From NCBI GenBank assembly GCA_963804085.1, contig CAWDOQ010000010.1:32001-96000 (forward strand): a stretch of DNA of 64,000 nt, written 5' to 3'. The notes beneath the pieces are model-generated. The model was given only the letters and a program-made list of their open reading frames with translations. It was not told where the DNA came from and did no database searches. The DNA comes from Chlamydiia bacterium. Lineage in GTDB: Bacteria; Chlamydiota; Chlamydiia; Chlamydiales; Rhabdochlamydiaceae. Position numbers and translations under genes: made by a program. Numbering within the stretch: position 1 is the first letter of the stretch; the number at the start of each line of letters is the position of its first letter. This document shows positions 1 through 10,227 of this stretch, one piece after another.

Positions 1-4
1 CGTA

Positions 5-880
5 ATGTACGATGCTGCTGTTCCACCAGATTTATTAAAGCTACAACAATGGTTTGCAGATTTTATCGTTTTTCCATTGGAAAAGCCTGACAATCCGAGT
101 GCGCTATCAAAAGACAAAAAATTACGGAAAAAGGCTCACGGCTACATCACTCCCAATCAAGCACTCAATTCGGAACAAAGAATAGAAATCTATCAGCAGC
201 AATACTGGTGGCGGCTGCTAAGTATTTTGCAAAAGACATATCCCGCTGTTACAAGGCTCTTTGGTCATGCTGTTTTTAACCAAACCATCGCGGCCCCCTA
301 TCTATTAAAGCACCCCTCTAAAACCTGGGATTTAAACTCTCTCGGTAAAGAGCTGCCCCGCTGGCTATCGGGCAACTACCGAGAGAGTGATAAAGCCTTA
401 ATTGTATCTATGGCCGAGATCGATTTGGCCTTCGAAGAGAGTTTTGTTGCAGCAACTGTACCATCGCTTGAAGAGAGTGTCGCGCCCGTTGATATTTCTA
501 AATTGCTGGCGCAAAAGATCAGCTTTCAGCCCCACGTGAAGACTTTTAAGCTCCCTTTTCATCTTTTCAACTTGCGCCAAGCGCTACTCAAAGAGAGCAT
601 AGAATATTGGGAGTCTCACCCTCTTCCAAAGCTTGATCAGGAAAGAACCTACTATTTTATCCTCTATAGAAACGAGCACAATAAAATCGTTTGGGAAGAG
701 ATAGAACAAGGAGCCTCTGTATTAATCAACTTCATAGAAGAAGGACTATCTCTAGAGCAGGCGTGCGTCAAGATAGAAAAGCTCGGCGGAGTTGTTGAAA
801 AAGAGGCAGAAAGACACCTAGCTCTTTGGCTTCAACATTGGGTAAAAGAGAGATTATTAACAAAGTGGGAGAACCGATGA
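5..880 (+). CDS. DUF2063-like (HvfC/BufC-type) putative DNA-binding/RiPP partner protein
   Basis: 291 aa; 'LQQWFADFI...QRIEIYQQQYWWRLLSILQKTYPAVTRLFG...YLLKHPS..WDLNSLG' fits the DUF2063 N-terminal pattern. Confidence 0.7.
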   Translation: MYDAAVPPDLLKLQQWFADFIVFPLEKPDNPSALSKDKKLRKKAHGYITPNQALNSEQRIEIYQQQYWWRLLSILQKTYPAVTRLFGHAVFNQTIAAPYLLKHPSKTWDLNSLGKELPRWLSGNYRESDKALIVSMAEIDLAFEESFVAATVPSLEESVAPVDISKLLAQKISFQPHVKTFKLPFHLFNLRQALLKESIEYWESHPLPKLDQERTYYFILYRNEHNKIVWEEIEQGASVLINFIEEGLSLEQACVKIEKLGGVVEKEAERHLALWLQHWVKERLLTKWENR

Positions 881-1377
881 GTAAAAACAAATTGGCAACG
901 CCAAGTGACTTGAGCGACAAGGGTCGTCAAAAAATAGCAGAGAGCATCAACCCATTGGCAGCTGATGCTTTTGCGCTATATGTAAAAACTAAAAATTTCC
1001 ACTGGCACTTGTCGGGCAGCCACTTCCGAGACTACCATCTTTTATTCGATGAGCAGGCAGAGCAGATCTTTGCGATGATCGATGTCTTAGCAGAACGTGT
1101 GCGCAAACTGGGAAAAACAACGATACTTTCTATTGGCCACATCAGCCGTTTGAAAACCGTTAAAGATGAGGATGATGCTTTTTTAGAACCTGAAAAAATG
1201 CTCCAACGCCTCTTGAAGGACAATCAGGATTTTACTGCACACATGCGCCTGGCTCACAAAGTCTGCGAAGAGGCCAACGATCTGGCAACCACCAGCATCC
1301 TAGAGGTCTTTATTGACGAAACAGAAAGAAGAACCTGGTTTTTATTTCAAACACTCGCAGGACACTCAAAGAGATAA
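877..1377 (+). CDS. dps: Dps/ferritin-like DNA starvation protein
   Basis: KTKNFHWHLSG, HLLFDEQ and DVLAERVR ferroxidase motifs; ATG at 877 overlaps the upstream stop (ATGA). Confidence 0.93.
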   Translation: MSKNKLATPSDLSDKGRQKIAESINPLAADAFALYVKTKNFHWHLSGSHFRDYHLLFDEQAEQIFAMIDVLAERVRKLGKTTILSIGHISRLKTVKDEDDAFLEPEKMLQRLLKDNQDFTAHMRLAHKVCEEANDLATTSILEVFIDETERRTWFLFQTLAGHSKR

Positions 1378-1386
1378 AAGGGAAAT

Positions 1387-3120
1387 ATGAGCAAGAATGT
1401 AGCAGATGTTCTCTGGAAAATGCTAGAAGATGCGGGCGTTAAGCGCTGCTATGGGATCGTAGGCGATGCTTTAAATCCTGTCATCGACGCGCTGCACCGA
1501 AACGGCAAGATCGAATTTATCCATGTTCGTCATGAAGAGTATGGCGCTTTTGCAGCTATTGCCGATGCCTATTTAACTAACCAGCTTGTGGCTGTTTGTG
1601 GAACGGCAGGACCTGGTGTCGCACATCTCATCAATGGCTTGTTGGACGCACGCAAAGAGGGCGCTCCTGTTATTGCCATCTGTGGGGATGTCGAGACTAG
1701 CCTTATAGACACAAGTGCCCTTGAAGAACTGAATCCCTACAAATTTTTTGATGTGGCTTCCCTTTACACGGGTCGCGTGGTCTGCCCTGAACAAACCAGG
1801 TCTATTGTACAGACTGCTATCCGCACATCTATTCTAGAGAAGGGACCTACTGTCGTATCGCTTCCGGGAAATATTGCTGCTGCTGCAGCTCCCTCTGGAT
1901 CATATGAGATAAAGCTGCCCAAAAATCCGATAGTAATACCTTCCAATGAAGACATGGATCTAGTAGCTAAAGTAATCAATGATGCAAAAACAGTGGCTAT
2001 TTTTGGCGGTGAAGGCTGCCGTGAGAGCCATGAACAAGTCATCGCAATAGCAGAAAAGCTAAAAGCTCCGGTCGGATACTCATTCCGAGGTAAGCAGTGG
2101 CTTGAGCACGATAATCCCTACGCCGTTGGCATGACGGGGCTTCTAGGTTATGGCGGTGCATATGATGCGATCAACGAGGCCGAAGTTTTACTCCTCTTAG
2201 GTACAGATTTTCCTTTTTCAGAATTTTTACCCAAAGAGAACGTTAAAAAAATTCAAATCGATAAGAACCCTAAACATATCGGAAGGCGTACTAACGTCGA
2301 TATTGGCCTTGTTGGAGATGTCCAAGCAACTCTTTCTCATTTGATTGAGAAAATTCAGCGTAAAGAAAGCACTCAGTTTCTTGACAACCATCTTCGCGAA
2401 ACCGAAACGTTTAACAAACGCATTGGGCATTATGTCACCAAAGGGCCTCAAATAAAACCCATACGCCCCGAGTTTTTAATCGCAACACTCAATGAACTTG
2501 CTGCAGATGATGCTATGTTCTTTGCAGATACTGGAACCGCCTGTATTTGGACTGCTAGGTACATAAAAGGCAGCAAAAATCGTCGGATTTTTGGCTCCTT
2601 TTCCTGGGCCTCGATGGCCAATGCAGCGCCCAATGCATTTGGTGCCCAAATGGCTTTTCCCGGAAGGCAAACCATTGCGATATGCGGCGACGGGGGCTTT
2701 ACAATGCTAGGTCTTGGCGACCTGCTGACTCAAGTACAACGCAAGCTGCCTGTTGTGCACATCATCCTCAATAATAGTTCTTTAGAATTTGTTCATATTG
2801 AGATGCAGGAGTATGGGATAGACCCCTATGGTGTGGATTTCCAGACGCCAAATTTTGCAAAAGTTGCAGAAGCGATGGGTGCCACGGGGATCCGTCTTGA
2901 AAATCCAGCCGATGTTAAGTCGGGTTTGGAAAAAGCCCTAGCTAATAAACAAGGGCCGGTAGTAGTGGATGCAGTAGTTGATCCGCGTGCTCTTGCCATC
3001 CCCTCGCATATTCCTCTGCATACCGCCGAGGGATTCACACTGAGTTTTATGAAGCAAACCCTACACGGAAAGATGGATGATGTCATTGAAACCATCAAAG
3101 ACAATGTTAGGTTGCTTTGA
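1387..3120 (+). CDS. poxB: TPP-dependent pyruvate oxidase/dehydrogenase (PoxB family)
   Basis: GIVGDALN, VRHEE, GTAGPG, TPP motif GDGG...LNN; 577 aa. Confidence 0.88.
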   Translation: MSKNVADVLWKMLEDAGVKRCYGIVGDALNPVIDALHRNGKIEFIHVRHEEYGAFAAIADAYLTNQLVAVCGTAGPGVAHLINGLLDARKEGAPVIAICGDVETSLIDTSALEELNPYKFFDVASLYTGRVVCPEQTRSIVQTAIRTSILEKGPTVVSLPGNIAAAAAPSGSYEIKLPKNPIVIPSNEDMDLVAKVINDAKTVAIFGGEGCRESHEQVIAIAEKLKAPVGYSFRGKQWLEHDNPYAVGMTGLLGYGGAYDAINEAEVLLLLGTDFPFSEFLPKENVKKIQIDKNPKHIGRRTNVDIGLVGDVQATLSHLIEKIQRKESTQFLDNHLRETETFNKRIGHYVTKGPQIKPIRPEFLIATLNELAADDAMFFADTGTACIWTARYIKGSKNRRIFGSFSWASMANAAPNAFGAQMAFPGRQTIAICGDGGFTMLGLGDLLTQVQRKLPVVHIILNNSSLEFVHIEMQEYGIDPYGVDFQTPNFAKVAEAMGATGIRLENPADVKSGLEKALANKQGPVVVDAVVDPRALAIPSHIPLHTAEGFTLSFMKQTLHGKMDDVIETIKDNVRLL

Positions 3121-3133
3121 AAAGGAGAAAAAG

Positions 3134-3601
3134 ATGCCTAAGATTTTAAGCCCCGGAGCCAAAGCCCCCGACTTTTCCTTGAATGTCACGCCAGATCAAA
3201 CAGTGTCCCTGAGCGATTTTCAAGGCAAACCATTGATTATCATCTTTTACCCTGCAGATTGGAGTCCCGTCTGTAGCGATGAAATGGTGGTCTTTAACGA
3301 ACTCTTGCCGGAATTTCGCAAACATCAAGCAGAGTTAGTTGGAATTTCTGTTGATGGTCACTGGTGTCATACAGCTTTTTCTCAACATAATCGCTTCCAC
3401 TTCCCTCTGCTTGCTGACTTTGAACCAAAGGGTGGTGTCGCCAAAAAATATGGGGCTTATAGAGAGCGCGAAGGCGTTTGTGAGCGCGCAATTTTTTTGG
3501 TGGATAAGGGTGGCACGATTGCTTGGAGCTATTTATCTCCTGTAGGCGAAAACCCAGGTGCAGATGGTGTGTTGGAAGCATTAGAACGTCTGTCCAAATA
3601 G
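3134..3601 (+). CDS. Peroxiredoxin (AhpC/TSA family)
   Basis: FYPADWSPVC peroxidatic motif; GGAG RBS before ATG 3134. Confidence 0.85.
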   Translation: MPKILSPGAKAPDFSLNVTPDQTVSLSDFQGKPLIIIFYPADWSPVCSDEMVVFNELLPEFRKHQAELVGISVDGHWCHTAFSQHNRFHFPLLADFEPKGGVAKKYGAYREREGVCERAIFLVDKGGTIAWSYLSPVGENPGADGVLEALERLSK

Positions 3602-3634
3602 TTTGGCGCAAAAAGGAAAATCGCAAGAGGTCTA

Positions 3635-4159
3635 ATGGCTACATTAAAAGTTCCTGTTTCTTTAAGTGATCATATTCAAGGGGTGGACAAACCCTCCATT
3701 GTGCTTGTGGAATATGGCGATTTTCAATGTCCCTATTGTGGCATGGCTTATCCCGTAGTGAAAATGCTTCAAAAGCATTATGAGAAACAGCTCGCTTTTG
3801 TCTTTCGCAATTTTCCTTTGAGTCAAATCCATCCTCTTGCGGAACCCGCTGCAGAAGCTGCTGAATTTGCGGCCGTTCAGGACAGCTTTTGGCAGATGCA
3901 CGACCTGCTCTTTGAGAATCAAGCCCAGCTCAGCCTCCCCTTTTTACTTGAGCTGGGCAAAAAAGCAGGACTTCCACCTGAGGCTCTTGAACCTGCTATC
4001 AGCAATAAAAAGTACGAGCAGAAAATTAAAGAGGATTTTCTCGGCGGCGTCCGCAGTGGCGTTAATGGAACCCCCACATTTTTTATTAATAACCAGCGCT
4101 ATGATGGACGGGTGCGTTTCGAAGAGCTTGTCTCAAGTATCGATGCGCTCTTATCCTAG
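3635..4159 (+). CDS. DsbA-family thioredoxin-fold oxidoreductase
   Basis: EYGDFQCPYC and GVNGTPTFFIN motifs. Confidence 0.9.
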   Translation: MATLKVPVSLSDHIQGVDKPSIVLVEYGDFQCPYCGMAYPVVKMLQKHYEKQLAFVFRNFPLSQIHPLAEPAAEAAEFAAVQDSFWQMHDLLFENQAQLSLPFLLELGKKAGLPPEALEPAISNKKYEQKIKEDFLGGVRSGVNGTPTFFINNQRYDGRVRFEELVSSIDALLS

Positions 4160-4782
4160 AAGGAGTAGCCTAAGCCGCCGCCAAAGGAAAAACCACTGAC
4201 CTGGACCCTTCCGCTCTCAGTTCCTGCCAGATGGCTATGGAAAGAGAGCTTCTTGTAGGCGTACTCTCCAAAGAGATCCACGGTGCAATGCTCTCCCAGG
4301 AGAAATAGAAAACCTGTATTGGTAAACAGACCACATCCATTTGCGTGCATTCTTCTGGGAACATAGGAGGAGTGGTTATGGACACGGACAAAAAAGTAGC
4401 GTGGCCCAAAGGTGAAGTAGTATGCGATATGCTTTGTTACTGGAAAAACGGGCCGCAGGCCTAAGCTTAACGGGAACGCCCAGATGCTTGTTCTCTCATG
4501 CGAATTGAGCGAATGGCCTGATTTTTGCCAATACTCTACGCTGCCGTAAACGTGTAAGAACTTATAGATGGGGATAGATCCAGAGAGTTGCAAATCCAAT
4601 CCACCTTGATCGTAAACACGCCGCATCTCGTGACTTGTAAAAAAGAAATATCCCGCCTTTGCCTCTAATAACGCGTGCTGCTTAATTGCACTGCAAGTCT
4701 CGGGTTCTGGCTGATCGCAAAAGAGATTTGGCATCAGACTACCGAGCGCACAAACGAGGGTCACCGCCATGTTTTTTTTCAT
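4156..4782 (-). CDS. Small outer-membrane beta-barrel protein
   Basis: Signal-peptide-like N-terminus, amphipathic strands, C-terminal GLGYSF beta-signal. Confidence 0.7.
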   Translation of the reverse strand: MKKNMAVTLVCALGSLMPNLFCDQPEPETCSAIKQHALLEAKAGYFFFTSHEMRRVYDQGGLDLQLSGSIPIYKFLHVYGSVEYWQKSGHSLNSHERTSIWAFPLSLGLRPVFPVTKHIAYYFTFGPRYFFVRVHNHSSYVPRRMHANGCGLFTNTGFLFLLGEHCTVDLFGEYAYKKLSFHSHLAGTESGRVQVSGFSFGGGLGYSF

Positions 4783-4783
4783 A

Positions 4784-6265
4784 TTATTTTCCTACGCTCA
4801 CTGTAGCTGGAGAGCTCGTGAATTGACCATTTACGGCAACGAGTGCATATGTTTGGCTCTGACTTGACTGATTATGGTCTTCATAAGATGAGGCATTACC
4901 ATCCAATATCGCGATCAAGACACCATTGCAGTGGAGATTATAACCGGTAACCGCGCTACTCGGCTCCCAAGAAAGAGTATTGTATAATTCGCTAACAACA
5001 CCAAAATTATTGATCTTTTGTTTTCCTTGTAAGCCAGTGGGAGTAGAGACCGGTAATGATGTAGTAAATGGTTGCGTAGCCGTTCCAGTATTGCCTAAGG
5101 AGTCTGTGATTGTAACTTGAACATAAAAGGTGCCCACTGATGTATAGGTATGGGAAGCTGGATTCCCCGCGCCTGTTCCTCCATCGCCAAAATTCCAGAC
5201 GTATGTGTAAGGACCTGTGCCCCCTGTGGGAGTCGCATCAAAAGAAACAGGCTCACTCACATTTCCAGATGAAGGCGAAAAGGAGACTGGAAGAGAAGAG
5301 ATCGCCACTCCGAAGGGAAAAGATTGAACACTAATATCAGTACTGATTACGTCTCCTTCGACCAATGAAACATTGTTACCGCCCTCATTAACTACATAAG
5401 CAGATACCCCATCGGGTGTAAACGCGATTCCAAGAGGGTGACTAAAGCCTGTAATTGTAGAATCGAATGTCAATGTTTGCGCATTGATCTTAGAGAGACT
5501 ATCACTGTTGTTATTAGTTACATAAGCAAACTGTCCATCTGGGGTAACTGCTACTCCTAATGGACTAACTCCGACACCGATTGTAGTGACCTGTTTTGTA
5601 CTTGTATTGATCGCTGAGACAGAGTCACCAGTTTGATTAGTCACAAAGACATACTGCCCGTTGGGTGTAACCGCTACTGCACTGGGAGCTGCACCGACAG
5701 TGATAACGTCTGTCACCATGAGAGACTGCGTATCGATCACATAGACTGTACTGCCGAGATTATTCGCTACATAGGCAAATTTCCCATCGGGGGTAATTGC
5801 AATCCCTGCAAGATCAGTCCCAGTTCCGACATTGATCGAGGTTGTTATCTCAAATGTATTTGTGTTAATCACATAGACTTGGTTAGAGCTCTGGCTAGTC
5901 ACATAGACAAACTCTCCATTAGGGGTAATCGCCACTCCATAAGGATCTGGAATGCCAGTGAGCGTTGTTACCTGCATAACTGAATTGATTCGAGCAACTG
6001 CATTGGCTCCCAACAATGCGACATAAGCATACGCTCCATCTGGCGTGACTGCAATCCCATAAGGTGAAGAACCTACGGTGACATTCACAACCGTTTCTGT
6101 GATTGTATCAATTATGGAGACAGTTCCCGAGTTTGCGTTAGTCACATAAGCTGTATTTGCAAAGGCTTGCCCACCGGGAAGGATAAGAAGCGCGCCAAAG
6201 AATGCGCCGGCAACTGCTAACCGTAACTTTTTCCAGAATCTATCAAAAGTCATAGAGTTTTCCAT
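4784..6265 (-). CDS. Secreted YVTN/YncE beta-propeller protein with PKD domain and C-terminal Fn3-like domain
   Basis: About 7 repeats of 'P.G(I/V)A(V/I)TPDG..AYV(T/A)N'; PKD motif WNFGDG...HTY; signal peptide ending QAFA. Confidence 0.85.
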   Translation of the reverse strand: MENSMTFDRFWKKLRLAVAGAFFGALLILPGGQAFANTAYVTNANSGTVSIIDTITETVVNVTVGSSPYGIAVTPDGAYAYVALLGANAVARINSVMQVTTLTGIPDPYGVAITPNGEFVYVTSQSSNQVYVINTNTFEITTSINVGTGTDLAGIAITPDGKFAYVANNLGSTVYVIDTQSLMVTDVITVGAAPSAVAVTPNGQYVFVTNQTGDSVSAINTSTKQVTTIGVGVSPLGVAVTPDGQFAYVTNNNSDSLSKINAQTLTFDSTITGFSHPLGIAFTPDGVSAYVVNEGGNNVSLVEGDVISTDISVQSFPFGVAISSLPVSFSPSSGNVSEPVSFDATPTGGTGPYTYVWNFGDGGTGAGNPASHTYTSVGTFYVQVTITDSLGNTGTATQPFTTSLPVSTPTGLQGKQKINNFGVVSELYNTLSWEPSSAVTGYNLHCNGVLIAILDGNASSYEDHNQSSQSQTYALVAVNGQFTSSPATVSVGK

Positions 6266-6397
6266 TTTATATAGTACAAGCTACCCAAAACTCCCAAATC
6301 TCGAGCAACTTGTCAGGTTTTCTCATAATGCCATATTTCCGCACAAGCCCCTATCGAAGAATCTTTTTTGTAAAGCATTGTGCGCACCCACGCACAC

Positions 6398-7399
6398 TTA
6401 AAAATCAAAGCGCAGATCGACTGTGAGGCCTTGTAAGACCAGGTCGGAGTTCTGTGTGCCGGATGCATCGGAAAAGACTTGAAATTGATTGAGCCAGTCT
6501 TCGATCTCATAGCCGACTTTCAAGGCAAAATGAGAGCGTTTTTTATCAAAATTGAAATCCCAGCCAAGACCGAGCAATGCTTGGACCATAAATGATCCAA
6601 AGTTGCGATCTTTCATTGGGATAGTGTCTCTGGTCGAAAGGTTATCGGTATACACATCTCCAAGCGTCCAATGCCCCCACATGTAGGCCGTTGCGAAATT
6701 GCCGACTATGCTAAAAGCATGTCTACCTGCGTTTGCTAGAATCCACTTGCCGCTCACTCCACCTTTGGGCCCTCCTCCTCGGAAGTTGTTGTGCACATTC
6801 TCCGAAGCAAGCAGTAGATTGCCCAGCCCATCAAAATTCGGTTTTGTCCACTTAAGATGAATCGCCTGATTGATCCATCCCCCCTTTGCGCCAATGTATG
6901 GGCGCAGGGAGAGAAATTTACTGACAAAAAAACTTCTGCCTAAATCCCAATCAAACATGTTGTAAAGAAGGTGGAGACGGATTTTTCCGGTTTGAAAAGG
7001 TTCTAATAGAGAAAGCCTAGCAGCAAGAAACCCTGAGGTGATGGCACCGCTGGCATCATCAGTGATATCTGTTTTGAACCAGGTGTAATAGAATCGCGTG
7101 TCCCACTGGTCGTGGTGCATGTTGTAACCGAGGCCTACCCGAAAACCGGGATCCCAACCAAAAGAGAGGGTTTTGAAAGTGTCTCGTTCAGAATTTTGAT
7201 TCGTAGATAGCGTAAATGCCCAGTCAACCGTTTCGCTCGCATGCCAATAGAGAGCGTCTGCAAAAACGGCGATTGTTTTATCTTGCGCCTCTGGACGGTC
7301 GGAGAGATTTGCAAGTCCACTATCCCCCTTGTTGGCATAGAGCTTTGCCCCTACCATCACAAGAAGAAGAACTACTGCTCTTAGTAAAATACTCATCAT
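6398..7399 (-). CDS. Lpg1974/Legionella MOMP-like porin
   Basis: GFRVGLGY..HDQWD, FDWDLGRSF, C-terminal LRFDF. Confidence 0.8.
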   Translation of the reverse strand: MMSILLRAVVLLLVMVGAKLYANKGDSGLANLSDRPEAQDKTIAVFADALYWHASETVDWAFTLSTNQNSERDTFKTLSFGWDPGFRVGLGYNMHHDQWDTRFYYTWFKTDITDDASGAITSGFLAARLSLLEPFQTGKIRLHLLYNMFDWDLGRSFFVSKFLSLRPYIGAKGGWINQAIHLKWTKPNFDGLGNLLLASENVHNNFRGGGPKGGVSGKWILANAGRHAFSIVGNFATAYMWGHWTLGDVYTDNLSTRDTIPMKDRNFGSFMVQALLGLGWDFNFDKKRSHFALKVGYEIEDWLNQFQVFSDASGTQNSDLVLQGLTVDLRFDF

Positions 7400-7409
7400 T
7401 TTGAGACCA

Positions 7410-8489
7410 TTAAAAATCGAATCGACAATTGAAAGTCACTCCTTGGAGAGTTAAGTCTCCATGCAATCGTATCAGCTGGGATGTGGAAAGCCTGAGTTGA
7501 TTTATCCAAAGCTGCATTTCGTAACCGAGCCTTGTGGAAAAATGGGATCTCTCCCTATTAAAATCGACATCCCATCCCAAGCCCATAAATCCTCTTAACA
7601 TAAGTGCACCGAGTGTCGAGTTTCGCGTGTGCACAGATACTCTTTTTCCGGTTGTGTCGTTGTAAACATCCTTGCAAATCCAAGTTCCCCAGAGCGTTGC
7701 TGCGGAAAAATCTCCAAAAAAACTAGGGAAGTGTTTGCCAAAATTGCGGAGTTTCCACTTAGTGTTGACGCCGCCAACAGGCCCTACGCCCCAAAAATTA
7801 TTCTTCGCATGCTCTTTGCCAGAACTCGTTGTAGGAGCACTAGCAATAATTAAGTTGTTATAGCGCAGATGAATCGATTGATTGATCCATCCCCCCTTTA
7901 GGCCGATAAAAGGACGCAAAAGCAGCCCTTTGCTCACCCAGTAACTGCGGCCTAGCTCCCAATCAAACATGTTGAAAAGAAGAGCCCAGCGGATACGTGC
8001 GCGTTCGGCACTATTGTTAGACAAGGTCCCTGCAAAAAATTCAGGCCTAATTTGGGAAGTCACCAATACGGAACTCCCCACTGTAATAAACTCTGGAAAT
8101 ACGCGCTTGCTTTGATGCGCCTCCGTACGAAACCAGGTCCAGTAAAGCTGAGTGTCCCACTTGTCATATTCTAGATTGCGCCCGGCACCTAATCGAAAAC
8201 CAAAATCCCAATTAAAATCGAGATCCTGCGGCGCAAAAGAACCGGTATTGTTGAGGTTTATGTCAATGATGTCTGCCCAATCGGCCGAAGTTTGTTCAGA
8301 AGCAAACCAAGCAAAAGCGTCTGCAAAAAGATCCCAACTACCGGAGGTAGCTTTAGCGCGAGGTGAGATGTTGGGCAGGCCGCGCGTCTCCCCTTTTTTC
8401 GTCTGATCTAAACTTGTCGCTTGCGCTGCATTCATATGCGTTTGAAGCAGGAGCAGCACAGCTAAAGTAAAGGTTAGAAACTTTTTCAT
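7410..8489 (-). CDS. Lpg1974/Legionella MOMP-like porin (paralog)
   Basis: GFRLGAG..YDKWD, FDWELGRSY, NNFWGVGP, C-terminal CRFDF. Confidence 0.8.
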   Translation of the reverse strand: MKKFLTFTLAVLLLLQTHMNAAQATSLDQTKKGETRGLPNISPRAKATSGSWDLFADAFAWFASEQTSADWADIIDINLNNTGSFAPQDLDFNWDFGFRLGAGRNLEYDKWDTQLYWTWFRTEAHQSKRVFPEFITVGSSVLVTSQIRPEFFAGTLSNNSAERARIRWALLFNMFDWELGRSYWVSKGLLLRPFIGLKGGWINQSIHLRYNNLIIASAPTTSSGKEHAKNNFWGVGPVGGVNTKWKLRNFGKHFPSFFGDFSAATLWGTWICKDVYNDTTGKRVSVHTRNSTLGALMLRGFMGLGWDVDFNRERSHFSTRLGYEMQLWINQLRLSTSQLIRLHGDLTLQGVTFNCRFDF

Positions 8490-8511
8490 TTTCTAAGCAA
8501 CCGTCTCAAAG

Positions 8512-9555
8512 TTAAAAATCAAAGCGAAACTCAAGGGTTCCTCCCTGCAATGTGAGTGCATTATCCAGTCTTCCTGCGTCGAATGAGTAGAATTGGAGTT
8601 GATCTAACCAAAATTGCATCTCATATCCCGCTCTCGTAGAAAAATGATAGCGATCGCGGCTAAAATTCACATCCCATCCCAATCCAAGAAATGTCCGCAC
8701 CGTGAAAGCTGCGCTATTGATATGAGAGAGCTTCACGACCACTTCTTGCTGAATGTCATTTTTATAAACGTCCGCAAGCTTCCAGTGGCCCCACATGATC
8801 GCTCCGGAAAGATCTCCAAACAAATTGAACGAGTGGTCCCCTCGAACAGCCAAATCCCACTTTGTGTTGAGACCAAAGCTAGGACCAATACCCCAGAAAT
8901 TATTCTTCAGGTTTTCTCTTGCAGTATTAAAAAACTCAGCGCCCGATCGGTTCGGATTGTGCCATTTTGTATGAATCGATTGATGGATCCATCCCCCCTT
9001 AACACCTAGGAATGGGCGAAGAGAGAGAGCTTTACTTACCCGAAAATTTCTGCCCAGTTCCGCGTCAAACATATTGAAGCGGATTGTCCAGTGGATGTTT
9101 GCCTTCTGATACGCGATACCGGAGATTCCGGCACCAGTCGAATTATCGACATAAAAATTACCCTGAAACGCAGAAAAAACTGTGCCAGGAGTGCTGGAAA
9201 CCCGGTCGTGCCCCCGTGTGCGAAACCAGGTGTAATAGAATTGTGTGTCCCACCCATCATGCTTCATGCCATAAGCAAAACCGACACGAAAACCAGGATT
9301 CCAATCAAAGCGGACGTCGCGCACATCACAATGCTCGGTGCTGCCGCTTACGGTTATCACCTCCGCCCAATTTTCAGAGCCGCTCTCTTGAGCAGTCCAG
9401 ACGAGCAGATCACCAAAAAAACCATAGATGTTGGATGCAGCCAAAGGTCGTGCGGATGGATTACTAAAGCCTTCGCTAGTTTGCGTTTTCTGATCCGCAT
9501 GCAAGAGCAAACAAACCATCATTAAAGCCACACCTAAAAAGAATCGCAGCAACAA
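8512..9555 (-). CDS. Lpg1974/Legionella MOMP-like porin (paralog)
   Basis: GFRVGFAY..HDGWD, FDAELGRNF, NNFWGIGP, C-terminal FRFDF. Confidence 0.8.
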   Translation of the reverse strand: MLLRFFLGVALMMVCLLLHADQKTQTSEGFSNPSARPLAASNIYGFFGDLLVWTAQESGSENWAEVITVSGSTEHCDVRDVRFDWNPGFRVGFAYGMKHDGWDTQFYYTWFRTRGHDRVSSTPGTVFSAFQGNFYVDNSTGAGISGIAYQKANIHWTIRFNMFDAELGRNFRVSKALSLRPFLGVKGGWIHQSIHTKWHNPNRSGAEFFNTARENLKNNFWGIGPSFGLNTKWDLAVRGDHSFNLFGDLSGAIMWGHWKLADVYKNDIQQEVVVKLSHINSAAFTVRTFLGLGWDVNFSRDRYHFSTRAGYEMQFWLDQLQFYSFDAGRLDNALTLQGGTLEFRFDF

Positions 9556-9708
9556 AAGCTATCTCCCGATTTTAGATGAGGCATGTTCAAATAATTTCTC
9601 GATATTGTCAATCTTTTTAAGAAAGCCCTCACAAAATGCTTGTGGGCAAAAGAGTCTAGCAAGCATAACTGACGCGCACAAATCCAATATTGACATAAGG
9701 AAAAGCTG

Positions 9709-10203
9709 ATGAGCGCGCTATCGAGCAACGACCAAATACTCAAACTGCAAGCAGAATATCCAAAAACTGAACACTTCTATGAGAACGGACTTTCCGTTGC
9801 TTCCCCAAGTCATATCAACATCGACAGCTTTTTTGGCTCTTCCAGCGTGCTATTTCTTCGCGCAAATACAGACATTCATTGTGAAGCGCCCGTGTGCATT
9901 GCCGCTCCCTTAGTCACCCTGGTTGCAAAAAAAGCGATCCATTTGGGAGAAAAAGGCAGAGGCACTCATGCGCAACCCGGACGGCTTTTTGCTTCTAAGC
10001 AATTCTGTTTAGTCTCTCCCCATATCATCCTTGGTGATTTTATCTTTTTAGGGCTACCGAAAGCAGCTTCCATCGCATGCAAAAAACTGACGCTGATCCG
10101 GAGCAAGGAAGAAACCAAATCGCAAGCAAAAGAAGAGGCTTTTGAAGTAGTAAAAAGCTGGGTGATGGATGATGCTACAGAGATAGAAGTGGTCAAACAG
10201 TAA
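9709..10203 (+). CDS. Hypothetical protein
   Basis: 164-aa ORF with AAGGA RBS, directly upstream of the ABC-F gene. Confidence 0.6.
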   Translation: MSALSSNDQILKLQAEYPKTEHFYENGLSVASPSHINIDSFFGSSSVLFLRANTDIHCEAPVCIAAPLVTLVAKKAIHLGEKGRGTHAQPGRLFASKQFCLVSPHIILGDFIFLGLPKAASIACKKLTLIRSKEETKSQAKEEAFEVVKSWVMDDATEIEVVKQ

Positions 10204-10227
10204 ACACATGCGTTAAGCTCGCTTCTT

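Noticed and set aside
4784-6265. Internal repeats as a DGR template/variable pair
   Set aside because: Ordinary diverged YVTN propeller blades; no adenine-specific mismatch pair and no reverse transcriptase
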